Origin: a virus | Taxonomy: Duplodnaviria; Caudoviricetes | Reading direction: 5' to 3' (one strand) | DNA length: 56,909 nucleotides | IMG/VR virus record: IMGVR_UViG_3300043416_000094 | Coordinates: 1-56,909 of that record | Part shown: in pieces, positions 17,744 through 26,692 of the stretch | Layout of the letters: each line of letters begins with the position of its first letter | Position numbering within the stretch: the stretch's first letter is position 1 | Notes under the pieces: model-generated | The model's input: the letters and a program-made list of their open reading frames with translations, nothing else | What the model was told of the DNA's origin: nothing | The model's database searches: none | Translations under genes and position numbers: made by a program

Positions 17744-17810
17744 TAACGCTTAAGGTACATCGCCTTAAGCTGATTTATTAACTAACGCTTAAGGTACATT
17801 GCCTTAAGCT
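17744..17810. repeat. Two 28-bp palindromic direct repeats separated by 11 bp
   Basis: TAACGCTTAAGGTACATYGCCTTAAGCT at 17744-17771 and 17783-17810. Confidence 0.9.
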
Positions 17811-17825
17811 ACGATAATACTACCC

Positions 17826-18210
17826 TGCCCTATAAGGTTTTATTGATTGACGAAAAGGTAAAGGTAAGGTTGATCTCACTGCCCTAACTGCCCTAATCGT
17901 TAAATTAGTACGGGCACCGTAATTCCAGTGCAATATCAAGAACTTAACTGCATGGTGCCCTAACTGCCCTAATTTATAAATAATATATACCCCTTTGTAA
18001 ACCGATAACTAATCGTAAGATTTGGCTACTGCCATTACGGTTAGTTACTGCCACTTACAAATTGGGGTATGTCTTTCCAAACTTAGGGCAGTATGCCTTT
18101 TACCCCCCTTTTTCCATCTATTTTCCTTTGATAATCAAGGGGTTACTTACTGCCCTAACTCGAATACCCCTACAGGGCAGTGTTATAAAGATGAACTTAC
18201 AAGTAGGGCA
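17826..18210. promoter_or_regulatory. Probable replication origin: TGCCCTAA iterons, AT-rich core and two IHF consensus sites
   Basis: About 12 direct and inverted TGCCC(TAA)-like units; AT-rich 17971-17989; WATCAANNNNTTR at 17934-17946 and 18133-18145. Confidence 0.6.
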
Positions 18211-18243
18211 CAATAACTTAGCTTAATTCTTAAGGAGATAGCC

Positions 18244-18453
18244 ATGTTCCGCATCATATTCACCATGCTTTTGACCATCATTACCTGCTTTATCTTTTCC
18301 GAAGCGCATGAAAATACCGCGCCAATCGTGAGCGCCATGTTGTTCATGGGTGGTGTTGTGTGGGGCGCATGGTTCAGCTACGCGGCAATGGCAATTAAAG
18401 CCGAGGCAATAGCAGAAGAAGAAAAGGACACTATCAATGTCAACATCATCTAG
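18244..18453 (+). CDS. Small two-TM membrane protein
   Basis: AAGGAG RBS; two hydrophobic segments. Confidence 0.75.
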   Translation: MFRIIFTMLLTIITCFIFSEAHENTAPIVSAMLFMGGVVWGAWFSYAAMAIKAEAIAEEEKDTINVNII

Positions 18454-18475
18454 ACCCGCCCCCGAATCCTGCGAA

Positions 18476-18503
18476 CACGGTTCGACTCCATGACGGCTCG
18501 CCA
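18476..18503 (+). other. tRNA 3'-half-like fragment (T-arm, acceptor 3' strand, NCCA)
   Basis: CACGG-TTCGACT-CCATG-ACGGCTC-G-CCA with canonical 5/7/5/7/1/CCA spacing; no 5' half seen. Confidence 0.5.
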
Positions 18504-18533
18504 TTAACACCTAACCTTTAACGGAGATACTTT

Positions 18534-18830
18534 ATGAACAACCTTACGATTCGTTTTTGGGTGCAGCAATCCTTGAACGCTCGGGTCACGCCAGACCCAG
18601 AGGGAGACTACAAAGACCACGCTGCGAGATGGCAGAGTGCCGCGCAAGGGTTTCTGTGGGACGCGCACAATTCACTGGCGATCGACCGTAACGGGGGGGA
18701 ACGCCTCACCAAGCTGGAATTGCTTGAGTTGGGGGCAATACGCGGAGCGATTCGAGAGGTGCAGGACATCAACGCCTATGACTGCCCTAACGCTTGGGGT
18801 GAGTGGGCGCGTGCAACCATTAACTACTAA
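18534..18830 (+). CDS. Hypothetical early protein
   Basis: GGAG RBS; 98-aa ORF in the early operon. Confidence 0.75.
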   Translation: MNNLTIRFWVQQSLNARVTPDPEGDYKDHAARWQSAAQGFLWDAHNSLAIDRNGGERLTKLELLELGAIRGAIREVQDINAYDCPNAWGEWARATINY

Positions 18831-18842
18831 CACGGAGGTAGC

Positions 18843-19142
18843 ATGAAACCAGCCCCCGAATCTTTCATTGTAGTAGGTACAAACCAAGGGCAGACCGTGC
18901 CGACTTGGTTCTACTCATTCCGCACCCTGTCATCCTCGCTGTTGTTCGTGGATAAGGCACGGGTGCAATTCCCATCCATAGACTGGATGCCAATGTGTGT
19001 GCCCCAAGACTTGGCAGTCGATGCGCTGCGCCATGTTCAGGCAGTACTAGATGACCCGCATGGACTGCTTTACATAGAGCCATCAGAGTACGAGTTCGTA
19101 GGTGACTATCTCGAACCTTGGGATAGCTTAGCTTTACAGTAG
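18843..19142 (+). CDS. Hypothetical early protein
   Basis: GGAGG RBS; 99-aa ORF. Confidence 0.75.
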   Translation: MKPAPESFIVVGTNQGQTVPTWFYSFRTLSSSLLFVDKARVQFPSIDWMPMCVPQDLAVDALRHVQAVLDDPHGLLYIEPSEYEFVGDYLEPWDSLALQ

Positions 19143-19184
19143 TACCCCGCAATAATAAGAAGTTACATAACCAAGGAGATGACA

Positions 19185-20210
19185 ATGTCTAGCAATGCAA
19201 TCGAGCAAGATTCTGAGTTGGTAGAGATGACTCCCAAGGAGTTGCTCCCGATACTTATTGACCATGCCAAGGCTGGTGAGTCAGTTGGTATCGAAGGGCC
19301 ACCGGGCGGGGGCAAGTCGGAGTTGGTCTTACAGGCAAGCATTGTGGCAGGTAAGCCTATCCTCGCGCCCTATAACCTTGAGTTGTCTGACACTACCGAT
19401 GGCAAAGGACTGCCGTTCCGTGACACAGAGAATCCCAATCAGTTCGTGTGGCTCAAGGACAAGCGCTGGCTGGGTGACTACGCGTTCACCAATTTCATGG
19501 ACGAGTTGCCACGCGGTACTGTGCCGGTGCAAGGCACTGCCGCCATGATGCTGCTAGAGAATCGGGTTGACGATGTTTACCTGCCCAAAGGTACATGGCA
19601 TGTGTGGGCTGGTAACCGGACTAGCGACAAGGCAGGTGCTAACCGTGTGCCGTCCATCATCTACCAGCGTAGTTACATGTACGGCATAACTTATGACGCA
19701 GAGTCACAAGTCGAGTTCATGCTTACCCAACCGGACATGGACTTGCTCACGATGCGATTCCTGCGCATGAAGGGTGATGCTGCGCTGCAGTTCGACCCGA
19801 ACAAGAAGATCAACCCTACCCCGCGTAGCTGGTCTACTGTCGCCCGACTGCTTAGTATCCGACCCAATACGGCATTCGCCACTATCGCTGGCAAGCTGGG
19901 TAAGGGCATGGCATCCGAGTTGTTGTCGTTCCGTGACCTTGCCCCAACCCTGCCCTCACCCGAGGAAGTACTGCTTAACCCTACCAAGGCGCGTGTACCG
20001 GAGAATACATCTGCCCAGTTCCTTGTCACCGATATGCTAGCTGACCGTGCTAACCCAACGACCTTTGATGCACTGGTTCAGTATGCACAGCGTCTAGCGC
20101 CCGAGTTCCAAGGCAAGTTCGTCAAGGACTCTATGACCCGTGATCCGAGTGTTATGACTACCCGCGCATTCGTAGAGTGGGGCGTCAAGTTTGCTGAAGT
20201 CCTTAGATAA
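19185..20210 (+). CDS. MoxR-like AAA+ ATPase
   Basis: Walker A GPPGGGKS, Walker B NFMDEL, AGNRTSDKAG and PTPRSW motifs. Confidence 0.88.
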   Translation: MSSNAIEQDSELVEMTPKELLPILIDHAKAGESVGIEGPPGGGKSELVLQASIVAGKPILAPYNLELSDTTDGKGLPFRDTENPNQFVWLKDKRWLGDYAFTNFMDELPRGTVPVQGTAAMMLLENRVDDVYLPKGTWHVWAGNRTSDKAGANRVPSIIYQRSYMYGITYDAESQVEFMLTQPDMDLLTMRFLRMKGDAALQFDPNKKINPTPRSWSTVARLLSIRPNTAFATIAGKLGKGMASELLSFRDLAPTLPSPEEVLLNPTKARVPENTSAQFLVTDMLADRANPTTFDALVQYAQRLAPEFQGKFVKDSMTRDPSVMTTRAFVEWGVKFAEVLR

Positions 20211-20240
20211 TTAATCATAATTACACAGGAGATACATAGC

Positions 20241-21158
20241 ATGAATATGCCGATTAATGCGGGGGTATTGCAGGAAAGTACCAGCATCGCCAACCGTGCG
20301 ATGAAGTTCAAGTTGTCTAGGGGTGGCACTGCCAAACGCATACGAGACAAGGATGCCGAGTCTTTGGTCAAGGCTACGCTTGGTGACGAAGGGCAGATCG
20401 TTAGCCGCGAGTTGTTCAGCGACAAGGGAAACTTAGTCCATAAGTATCAAGGACTTAGCAACGAGATGTACACCTACCACATCAAGGCTACGCTGCCGTT
20501 CGGCGACGACTCATCACGCGCCCTACCCAATGCGTGTTACTTCGACTACACCGGCAAAATGCAGGACTTCATTAGCCGATTGGATGCGCTGAAGGGTCAT
20601 ATCCTTACACAGTGGGATTCTTTGGTGCAAGTAGATATGCAATCTCGCAACAATCGACTGACCGCGCAGGGTAAGGCAGCATCTGCCAAGTTTGACGATT
20701 ACCCTACCCGCGAGCAGATGGATAGCCGCCTGTATGTGAACTGGTATCCCGAGCCGATCAGCACTAGCGGTGACTTCCGATTCACTGTGCCGCCCGAGAT
20801 GCTGGTCAAGCTGGACGCGCAGTTGGCAGCGATGGTAGAGGAAGCTGGTCGCAGTCTTTACATACGGATGCTTTCGCCTGTAACGGCATTCATCAAGAAG
20901 CTGGACGGGTTCAAGGGTGACAAAGGTCAACGCTGGCACGACAGCTTCATCGACAACCTTAACGCCCTGACCAGCGAGTTGCCGCCTCTCAACATCAACG
21001 ATGACCCGATGGTGACTAGCTTACTCAGTCAGATCGACGCGATCATCAAGCCGTATGTGTTCCAACCCGATGCACTCAGGGAGGATGAGTTCGCCCGTAC
21101 TGAAGTCAAGTCCAAGCTCGAAGCACTCGAAGCCCAGTTGAAGGGTTACGCATTCTAA
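20241..21158 (+). CDS. Hypothetical protein of the AAA/VWA module (DUF3150-like)
   Basis: TLPF..R.LP and DYPT motifs; located between the ATPase and VWA genes. Confidence 0.65.
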   Translation: MNMPINAGVLQESTSIANRAMKFKLSRGGTAKRIRDKDAESLVKATLGDEGQIVSRELFSDKGNLVHKYQGLSNEMYTYHIKATLPFGDDSSRALPNACYFDYTGKMQDFISRLDALKGHILTQWDSLVQVDMQSRNNRLTAQGKAASAKFDDYPTREQMDSRLYVNWYPEPISTSGDFRFTVPPEMLVKLDAQLAAMVEEAGRSLYIRMLSPVTAFIKKLDGFKGDKGQRWHDSFIDNLNALTSELPPLNINDDPMVTSLLSQIDAIIKPYVFQPDALREDEFARTEVKSKLEALEAQLKGYAF

Positions 21159-21171
21159 CTAGGAGATAACC

Positions 21172-22335
21172 ATGTCCGTACCAATGCCAGCGCAACAGCC
21201 AGTTGTTGTAACAGCAGCTATGCGTATGCAAGCCGAGGCTTTGCTCAAGAAGGGTAAAGTTCAGCTTGTATTGCATCAGCCGTTCTTTGCTTGCATCGTG
21301 CTCAAGCGCCGTATCAGTTTGCGTGACGATGTGCCGACTGCGTATATCACTGCCAGAGGTGAGATCAATGTCGGTGTCGCGTTCCTGTGCAAGCTGACCG
21401 TGCAGCAGGTAGTGTTCCTATTTGCACACGAGGCGATGCACTACGCCATGCTGCACCATATCCGTGTCGGTGCTAGGAAGCCTCGCGCTGCCAACATCGC
21501 AATGGACAAGGTGATCAACGACATTCTTGTCGAGTCCCGAGTTGGCGAGCCTATTCCCGAGGGTGTCTACATGGAGGGTGCGCGAGACTACGCTTGGGAG
21601 CAGTTGTACGACGAGAGCGACGATGACGGCAGCGGTGAGTACCAGCCGGGGACTGGCAACGATGACCTGTCCTCTGAGGGCGTTAACGATGTCACTGATC
21701 AGCAGCTAGAGGAGATCAAGCGCGAGTTGATCGACGCGGTGACCGCAGGTAAGAAGGCTGGCAACACACCCGCTAGCATCGTCAAACTTGTTGACTCTAT
21801 CGTGCATCCGGCTACGCCTTGGTATCAGTTGACCGAGCGTTACATGCTGCAGCTTGTCAAGGCAGGTACATCGTGGAAGCGTCCTAACCGTAGGTTCTTA
21901 CCGCACGACCTGTATCTACCTAGCACTGACAAAGAGCCGCGCATGGGTACGCTGGTCATTCAGTCTGACGAGTCTGGTTCTATCGACGTAATCACAACTC
22001 ATCACTGGAACGGGCACATCAACAGCATCATTGATAAGTGCCGACCCGAGCGAGTCATAGTTTTGCATACCGATACCCGCGTAGCCAAAGTCGAGGAGTT
22101 CGAGGCGGACGATTACCCCATTGAGTTCAAGTCCTATGCCGGTGGGGGTACTGACATGACCGCAGGGTTTGCTTGGTGCGAGGAGAACGGTATCGAACCC
22201 GAGGTATTCATCTGTCTTACTGACGGTGAGACGCCATTCGGTGAGCCGCAGTCGTATCCGGTGCTGTGGCTTATTACTACCGAGGGTATCGAAGCAACGC
22301 ACGGTGAAACTATCTATTACGAGGTGACAGAATGA
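21172..22335 (+). CDS. Metallopeptidase-like domain fused to VWA-like domain (DUF2201-like)
   Basis: PFFA, HEAMH (HExxH), NIAMDKVIN, SWKRPNRR, DESGS, GGGTD and LTDG motifs. Confidence 0.85.
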   Translation: MSVPMPAQQPVVVTAAMRMQAEALLKKGKVQLVLHQPFFACIVLKRRISLRDDVPTAYITARGEINVGVAFLCKLTVQQVVFLFAHEAMHYAMLHHIRVGARKPRAANIAMDKVINDILVESRVGEPIPEGVYMEGARDYAWEQLYDESDDDGSGEYQPGTGNDDLSSEGVNDVTDQQLEEIKRELIDAVTAGKKAGNTPASIVKLVDSIVHPATPWYQLTERYMLQLVKAGTSWKRPNRRFLPHDLYLPSTDKEPRMGTLVIQSDESGSIDVITTHHWNGHINSIIDKCRPERVIVLHTDTRVAKVEEFEADDYPIEFKSYAGGGTDMTAGFAWCEENGIEPEVFICLTDGETPFGEPQSYPVLWLITTEGIEATHGETIYYEVTE

Positions 22336-22580
22336 AAACGGAAAATAAAGTCCCTACAGATGATGAACTGGACGAATTGGCCGGTAAGTATTTAGATGGA
22401 GGAGAGACCGAGGCCGATCTTACGGAACTCGTAGATGCTTGCGATAGGGCAGTCCAAAACGACCGCGATGTAATAACAGCGTTCTATAAAAGAAAAATGG
22501 GCCAAGCGTTAACGGAAGCCGAGGCCAACACGCTCGACACAGCGTTCGCTAATGATGCCGAACATAAAGGAGATGAGTGA
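22332..22580 (+). CDS. Small acidic hypothetical protein
   Basis: ATGA-type overlap with the upstream gene; GAGGTG RBS. Confidence 0.7.
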   Translation: MKTENKVPTDDELDELAGKYLDGGETEADLTELVDACDRAVQNDRDVITAFYKRKMGQALTEAEANTLDTAFANDAEHKGDE

Positions 22581-22581
22581 A

Positions 22582-22740
22582 ATGAAAACGTACACAGGCA
22601 TGGTGACTGCAACCTACTGGCATATGGTAACGGTGGAAGCAGAAGACGCGGACGAAGCAGAAGAGAAGATGCAGGAGGAGTTCGACATCATCTCCGCGAG
22701 TGGAGAGATGGAAGTAACTGGAATTAAGGAGGTGAAGTGA
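22582..22740 (+). CDS. Small acidic hypothetical protein
   Basis: AAGGAG RBS; VTVEAEDADEAEEK motif. Confidence 0.7.
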   Translation: MKTYTGMVTATYWHMVTVEAEDADEAEEKMQEEFDIISASGEMEVTGIKEVK

Positions 22741-22741
22741 T

Positions 22742-23206
22742 ATGTCGTTGAATATACCGCAGTCTTTGCTTAACCACTCCAAGCAAGTCAATGCCGTAGT
22801 TAACTTGGACTCTCTAGGCCCGCGCCAGATAGTCAGTTACAAGCGGTTCTTAGCTACGGGCATTATCAAAAGCAACAGTGTTAGCGCAACCTTGGCTCTT
22901 GCAGCAAGGCGTAGTTACGGATTTCCTTCACTAACTGTGAGTAAGTGGGGGGTTAATTGGTATGACATTTGCCCTTCCCAAGATGAGGAATTACTCAAGT
23001 TATTTACCGCCATGATAGTAGCGCAGAAGTTATCTGGGGAACGTAGCTGGTTTGCCGTGCATAACGAAGTAGAAGCAGACCTTAGTAATAGCAAAGGGCG
23101 TTTGAGGATTATTCCTTCTATAACAGCTAATATACTACGAGGATTTAAATTTGCCCCAGCGCCAGCGCCTACTACTGGGCTGATTACTATTCGTTTGTGG
23201 GAGTAG
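22742..23206 (+). CDS. Hypothetical protein
   Basis: GGAGG RBS; contiguous operon. Confidence 0.7.
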   Translation: MSLNIPQSLLNHSKQVNAVVNLDSLGPRQIVSYKRFLATGIIKSNSVSATLALAARRSYGFPSLTVSKWGVNWYDICPSQDEELLKLFTAMIVAQKLSGERSWFAVHNEVEADLSNSKGRLRIIPSITANILRGFKFAPAPAPTTGLITIRLWE

Positions 23207-23208
23207 CA

Positions 23209-23889
23209 ATGAAGATACCCAAGTATGAGGACATAGATACTTCCAACTACTCAGGTTCGGAGTACAAGATAGACTGGCACAAGGGGCATCGCAAGTACAA
23301 AGAACCAGTACCGGGAATGCGCGTGTATGAGCACGGGATGGTGGAGTTGTTTAAGTCAGGTTACCGTGACCCAGCATGGCGTTCCAACATCAGTTGTAAG
23401 TACGGAATTACATTCAAGATGTTGTCAGAAATGACCGACTGCAAGTTCATAGACCCTAACAGTAGAGTACGCGTCAAGAAGTCTTGGCTTGAGGAAACCC
23501 TGTTCTTTGTGCATGGCGACAAAGCGTACGCATCGCCTTATTGGAACGAGAGCATTAGCTTGCATAGTGAGCATGCTCTACCTAGTACTTTGGGAATCAT
23601 AAAGTACTTCACTAGAAACAAGCAGGCAGAGAAGAACTTTAAGCAATCACTGCAGGAGCACATTTCTTTAGGCAAGACACTTAACGCCCTCAGTAGTACT
23701 GTTACATACTGGTACTACGACACGGAAAAACGCTTAAGTATTATGGATATTCCATCTAACTTAACTTCGGAGGAAGGACAATCTTTTTGTAAGCAAATTG
23801 CAAGGTTTGAAACGAAGGTTGACGGTATCATTTCTAAAAAATGCCGTAATAAGTTTGAGACTAAGTACCTTGAGATTGAGGGGGTTTGA
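23209..23889 (+). CDS. Hypothetical protein
   Basis: Long ORF in a contiguous operon; start re-called at MKIPKY. Confidence 0.75.
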   Translation: MKIPKYEDIDTSNYSGSEYKIDWHKGHRKYKEPVPGMRVYEHGMVELFKSGYRDPAWRSNISCKYGITFKMLSEMTDCKFIDPNSRVRVKKSWLEETLFFVHGDKAYASPYWNESISLHSEHALPSTLGIIKYFTRNKQAEKNFKQSLQEHISLGKTLNALSSTVTYWYYDTEKRLSIMDIPSNLTSEEGQSFCKQIARFETKVDGIISKKCRNKFETKYLEIEGV

Positions 23890-23890
23890 T

Positions 23891-24544
23891 ATGGCACTCG
23901 TTCGTATATCCAAAGATTTGCTTGGTGCAGTTGAACGCAACATTAGAAACATGTCTATTGCAGTACGTGCAAAGTATGTTGATCCGTTGAAACCAACTAA
24001 TATTCCAGAGTTGCGCGTTATGGTGCGAGACGCAGCCACAGAGGTTCTGTGGGGTACTCACAAGCATTTGCTTCATGCAATGCCACCCGACTGGATTGAA
24101 ACTAAGTCACGGGTAGATGCTAGGTTTGCCAATTTTACCGGAGAACTTGGTTTTTCTATAGACATACAAATTCCTCCTTCTGCAGCTAAAAAATATGGGC
24201 AGTCTTCTTATGTAGAAGTAGACTTTCGCAACCGTGAGCACTTAGTTCCTGTCGAGGTATCAGACGCACTCACAAAGTACAAGAATGCCGATTTAGATCA
24301 CGATGCCAAGTATGATAAGGTTAAACAACAGGTACTTGCGTTCTTGAAGGATTGCAAATCTCTCAACGATGCATTGCGTAAGTATCCTGACCTTGCTATG
24401 TATGTACCGCAAGAGTTCAAGGATAGGGTTGAAGAAGTTAGAGAGCGTGTAACTAAGGAGAAGGAAGAGACGACTCATCAAAACGTAGAGTTCGACCGAG
24501 GTTTAATTTCATCCGTAGCAGTGATTGCAGAGTTGTCCAAATAA
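23891..24544 (+). CDS. Hypothetical protein (possibly Nmad5-like)
   Basis: Start MALVRIS; C-terminal FLKDCKSLNDALRKYPDL pattern. Family assignment is tentative. Confidence 0.65.
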   Translation: MALVRISKDLLGAVERNIRNMSIAVRAKYVDPLKPTNIPELRVMVRDAATEVLWGTHKHLLHAMPPDWIETKSRVDARFANFTGELGFSIDIQIPPSAAKKYGQSSYVEVDFRNREHLVPVEVSDALTKYKNADLDHDAKYDKVKQQVLAFLKDCKSLNDALRKYPDLAMYVPQEFKDRVEEVRERVTKEKEETTHQNVEFDRGLISSVAVIAELSK

Positions 24545-24554
24545 AGGAGATTGC

Positions 24555-24956
24555 ATGAAGCGCAAGACCAGCAGTTCAGCAAAAATTCGTGCCGCCCTTG
24601 CCAAAGGGTTGTCTGTGAGTGAAGTGGTATCCAAGTTAGGTGTGCAAAGGAACTTGGTGTATGTAGTCAAGAGCGCCATGAATAGGAAAAACCTTATATC
24701 ATTTGGCACACTAGCTGAGCCTACAGAGGAAAGGACAGCTGCTGTGGATATGATCAACCACCCTCCGCACTACAAGGTGGGTGGCATTGAAACGATTGAG
24801 TACATACGAGCCAAGCTAACACCTACTGAGTACGTCGGTTACTTGAAGGGTAGCGTGATCAAGTACTCAAGCAGGATTGGGCATAAAGGTGAAGCACTGC
24901 AAGATGCAGGGAAGCTAAGTTGGTACGCAACGGAACTTACCAAGGCACTTGCATAA
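24555..24956 (+). CDS. DUF3310 (T7 gp1.7-like) protein with N-terminal HTH-like segment
   Basis: DMINHPPHY..GIETIEYI..YLKGSVIKY..R.GHKG..QD..K..WY. Confidence 0.8.
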   Translation: MKRKTSSSAKIRAALAKGLSVSEVVSKLGVQRNLVYVVKSAMNRKNLISFGTLAEPTEERTAAVDMINHPPHYKVGGIETIEYIRAKLTPTEYVGYLKGSVIKYSSRIGHKGEALQDAGKLSWYATELTKALA

Positions 24957-24973
24957 CGACCGTGGGGGGAGTT

Positions 24974-25243
24974 ATGAACATTATCGACACGCTGTACAAC
25001 TTGCTGGACTATGACGCTGAAGCACCTGTGTATGTCAACGTCATGTCTTTCAAGCCGCTATCGCCCGACAGGTACAAGGAACGCTTAGAGAAGCAGTCCA
25101 ACTACTTGTTGAAGCGTGGCATTCACTACCTACACGATGGCTTCAAGCCTACGCTTGCCGTAGACACCAACATCTGTGCCACATGGAAGAAGCATGGGTT
25201 TGAAGTATCGCCACATAAAATCTTTTATTGGGGATTTAAGTAA
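24974..25243 (+). CDS. Hypothetical protein
   Basis: GGGGGAG RBS; contiguous operon. Confidence 0.65.
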   Translation: MNIIDTLYNLLDYDAEAPVYVNVMSFKPLSPDRYKERLEKQSNYLLKRGIHYLHDGFKPTLAVDTNICATWKKHGFEVSPHKIFYWGFK

Positions 25244-25615
25244 ATGAAACTTCCGCTAGTACTGACGAGTGCCGCACTTGCAGGTTGTACTTCTATGCCT
25301 GATCCGTGTAAGCCTGTGTTCATTATTCCAACGCTTACAAGCCTTGCGATAACTGGAGCCGTACTAGCGGGATGCGCTGCCCTACCTAACAACAATGCCC
25401 CAGCTACTACAGCTACTACTGCCGTAGTAGAAGCTAACTCGGCGCTAGCCGTTGACAAGGAGATACCACCCATGTCTAGACAAGAAGTCATTCATGGCAT
25501 CAGCGAATGCGAGAAAGCAAATATGCGACCCTACGTAATCACCACTAGACGCAAGGTGAACAACCAGTTGATCCCTGCTGTAGTCGAGATCACCTGCTTG
25601 CCGATTAGCAAATGA
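25244..25615 (+). CDS. Putative lipoprotein
   Basis: N-terminal MK-hydrophobic-LAGC lipobox, with a second LAGC 29 aa later. Confidence 0.7.
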   Translation: MKLPLVLTSAALAGCTSMPDPCKPVFIIPTLTSLAITGAVLAGCAALPNNNAPATTATTAVVEANSALAVDKEIPPMSRQEVIHGISECEKANMRPYVITTRRKVNNQLIPAVVEITCLPISK

Positions 25616-25983
25616 GAGTTGCGGCTAGGAAGGTTATCGTAGCGATGCGTGAGGTGCGATTGGCAAACAAAGAAATCACCACGCACAACATAGCCGGACA
25701 GCTTGGCATCAAGGTGCAGACCGTGGGTGCAAACTTGCAGAAGATGTTACGCGAGGGGTTGATCCGCAGACACGGCATGATCTTGCAGTTCGACGGCAAG
25801 AACCGAGCGAAGAACATGCTGTGGCGCATCAACACATTGTATGTACGCAAAATGGAGGCAGAGGCAAGTGCCGAAAACGACAAGAACGAAGAGGCCGATG
25901 GATCGACCGGCACGATGCACGATGTGCAAGGTAGTCAAGCAACCAAGCGCGTACCGCAAGACCAAGTACAGAACGCTGGCTAG
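25612..25983 (+). CDS. Putative winged-HTH DNA-binding protein
   Basis: ITTHNIAGQLGIKVQTVGANLQKMLREGLIRR. Confidence 0.6.
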   Translation: MRVAARKVIVAMREVRLANKEITTHNIAGQLGIKVQTVGANLQKMLREGLIRRHGMILQFDGKNRAKNMLWRINTLYVRKMEAEASAENDKNEEADGSTGTMHDVQGSQATKRVPQDQVQNAG

Positions 25984-26050
25984 TTGGTGCAAAGCATGCG
26001 TTAACGAAAGTTGTCTACAGGCATACCATTCGAGGAAGGATAAGACATGA
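25868..26050 (+). CDS. Small Zn-finger protein (CxxC...CxxC), overlapping the upstream gene
   Basis: RCTMCKVVK...SWCKAC; stop overlaps the next start. Start position uncertain. Confidence 0.55.
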   Translation: MPKTTRTKRPMDRPARCTMCKVVKQPSAYRKTKYRTLASWCKACVNESCLQAYHSRKDKT

Positions 26051-26235
26051 TATTTTTTGGCGGGTTGTTTATGATTGTTTTGTCGTTCGTTGTGTTCGTA
26101 ATGTTCTGTGATCCGATCAATAGCAGCAAAGACCGAGGTACGTGGCTTGAAGATACCTGCGCAGCCACGATGATGATGGGTTTCGGTGTCGCTGTGATCG
26201 GTGCGTTGTTGTGGATTGGGAGGTGGTTGGGATGA
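26047..26235 (+). CDS. Small two-TM membrane protein
   Basis: Two hydrophobic helices; ATGA overlaps on both sides. Confidence 0.7.
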   Translation: MIFFGGLFMIVLSFVVFVMFCDPINSSKDRGTWLEDTCAATMMMGFGVAVIGALLWIGRWLG

Positions 26236-26447
26236 CTCCCGACATCACGATGTGCCCCGGCGCGGGATGCAACAAAAAAGATACGTGCTACCGACACACA
26301 GCTACACCGAGACGACCGTATCAAGTACAGGTACAACAAGCACCGGAGGACTGCACCCACTACTGGCCGATTGACGGACGGCGCGATGCTGATGGCAAGT
26401 GGGAGATGGACCTGATCCGCGACCCCAATACTGGAATTGTTTTGTGA
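26232..26447 (+). CDS. Cys-rich small hypothetical protein
   Basis: PDITMC..C..KDTCYR..C.HYWP motif. Confidence 0.7.
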   Translation: MTPDITMCPGAGCNKKDTCYRHTATPRRPYQVQVQQAPEDCTHYWPIDGRRDADGKWEMDLIRDPNTGIVL

Positions 26448-26476
26448 CCGCCTACGGATGGAGAAAGAGGCAAGTT

Positions 26477-26692
26477 ATGCAGTGGATACCGGAAGAGAAA
26501 GGTGTGATTGACAAGTCTGCGGCTAAACGGATTGCAACCCTACTTGGATGGCAACCGAAACGCGAATGGCAAAGCCTGACCGACGACGAGATCAAAGAAA
26601 TTGTTGGGTCATACTCAGGACCGATCAAAGGCTACACACGCGAACTGTTTGACAAGATAGAAGCCAAGTTGAGGGAGAAGAACGGTGGATAA
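26477..26692 (+). CDS. Hypothetical protein
   Basis: REWQSLTDDEI..IEAKLREKN motif common in phage accessory ORFs. Confidence 0.7.
   Translation: MQWIPEEKGVIDKSAAKRIATLLGWQPKREWQSLTDDEIKEIVGSYSGPIKGYTRELFDKIEAKLREKNGG

Noticed and set aside
17744-17810. Mini CRISPR array
   Set aside because: Only two repeats with an 11-bp spacer and no cas operon. The 29992 nuclease is an ordinary phage replication-module exonuclease.
18440-18503. Complete tRNA gene
   Set aside because: No acceptor 5' strand, D arm or anticodon arm upstream of the T-arm.
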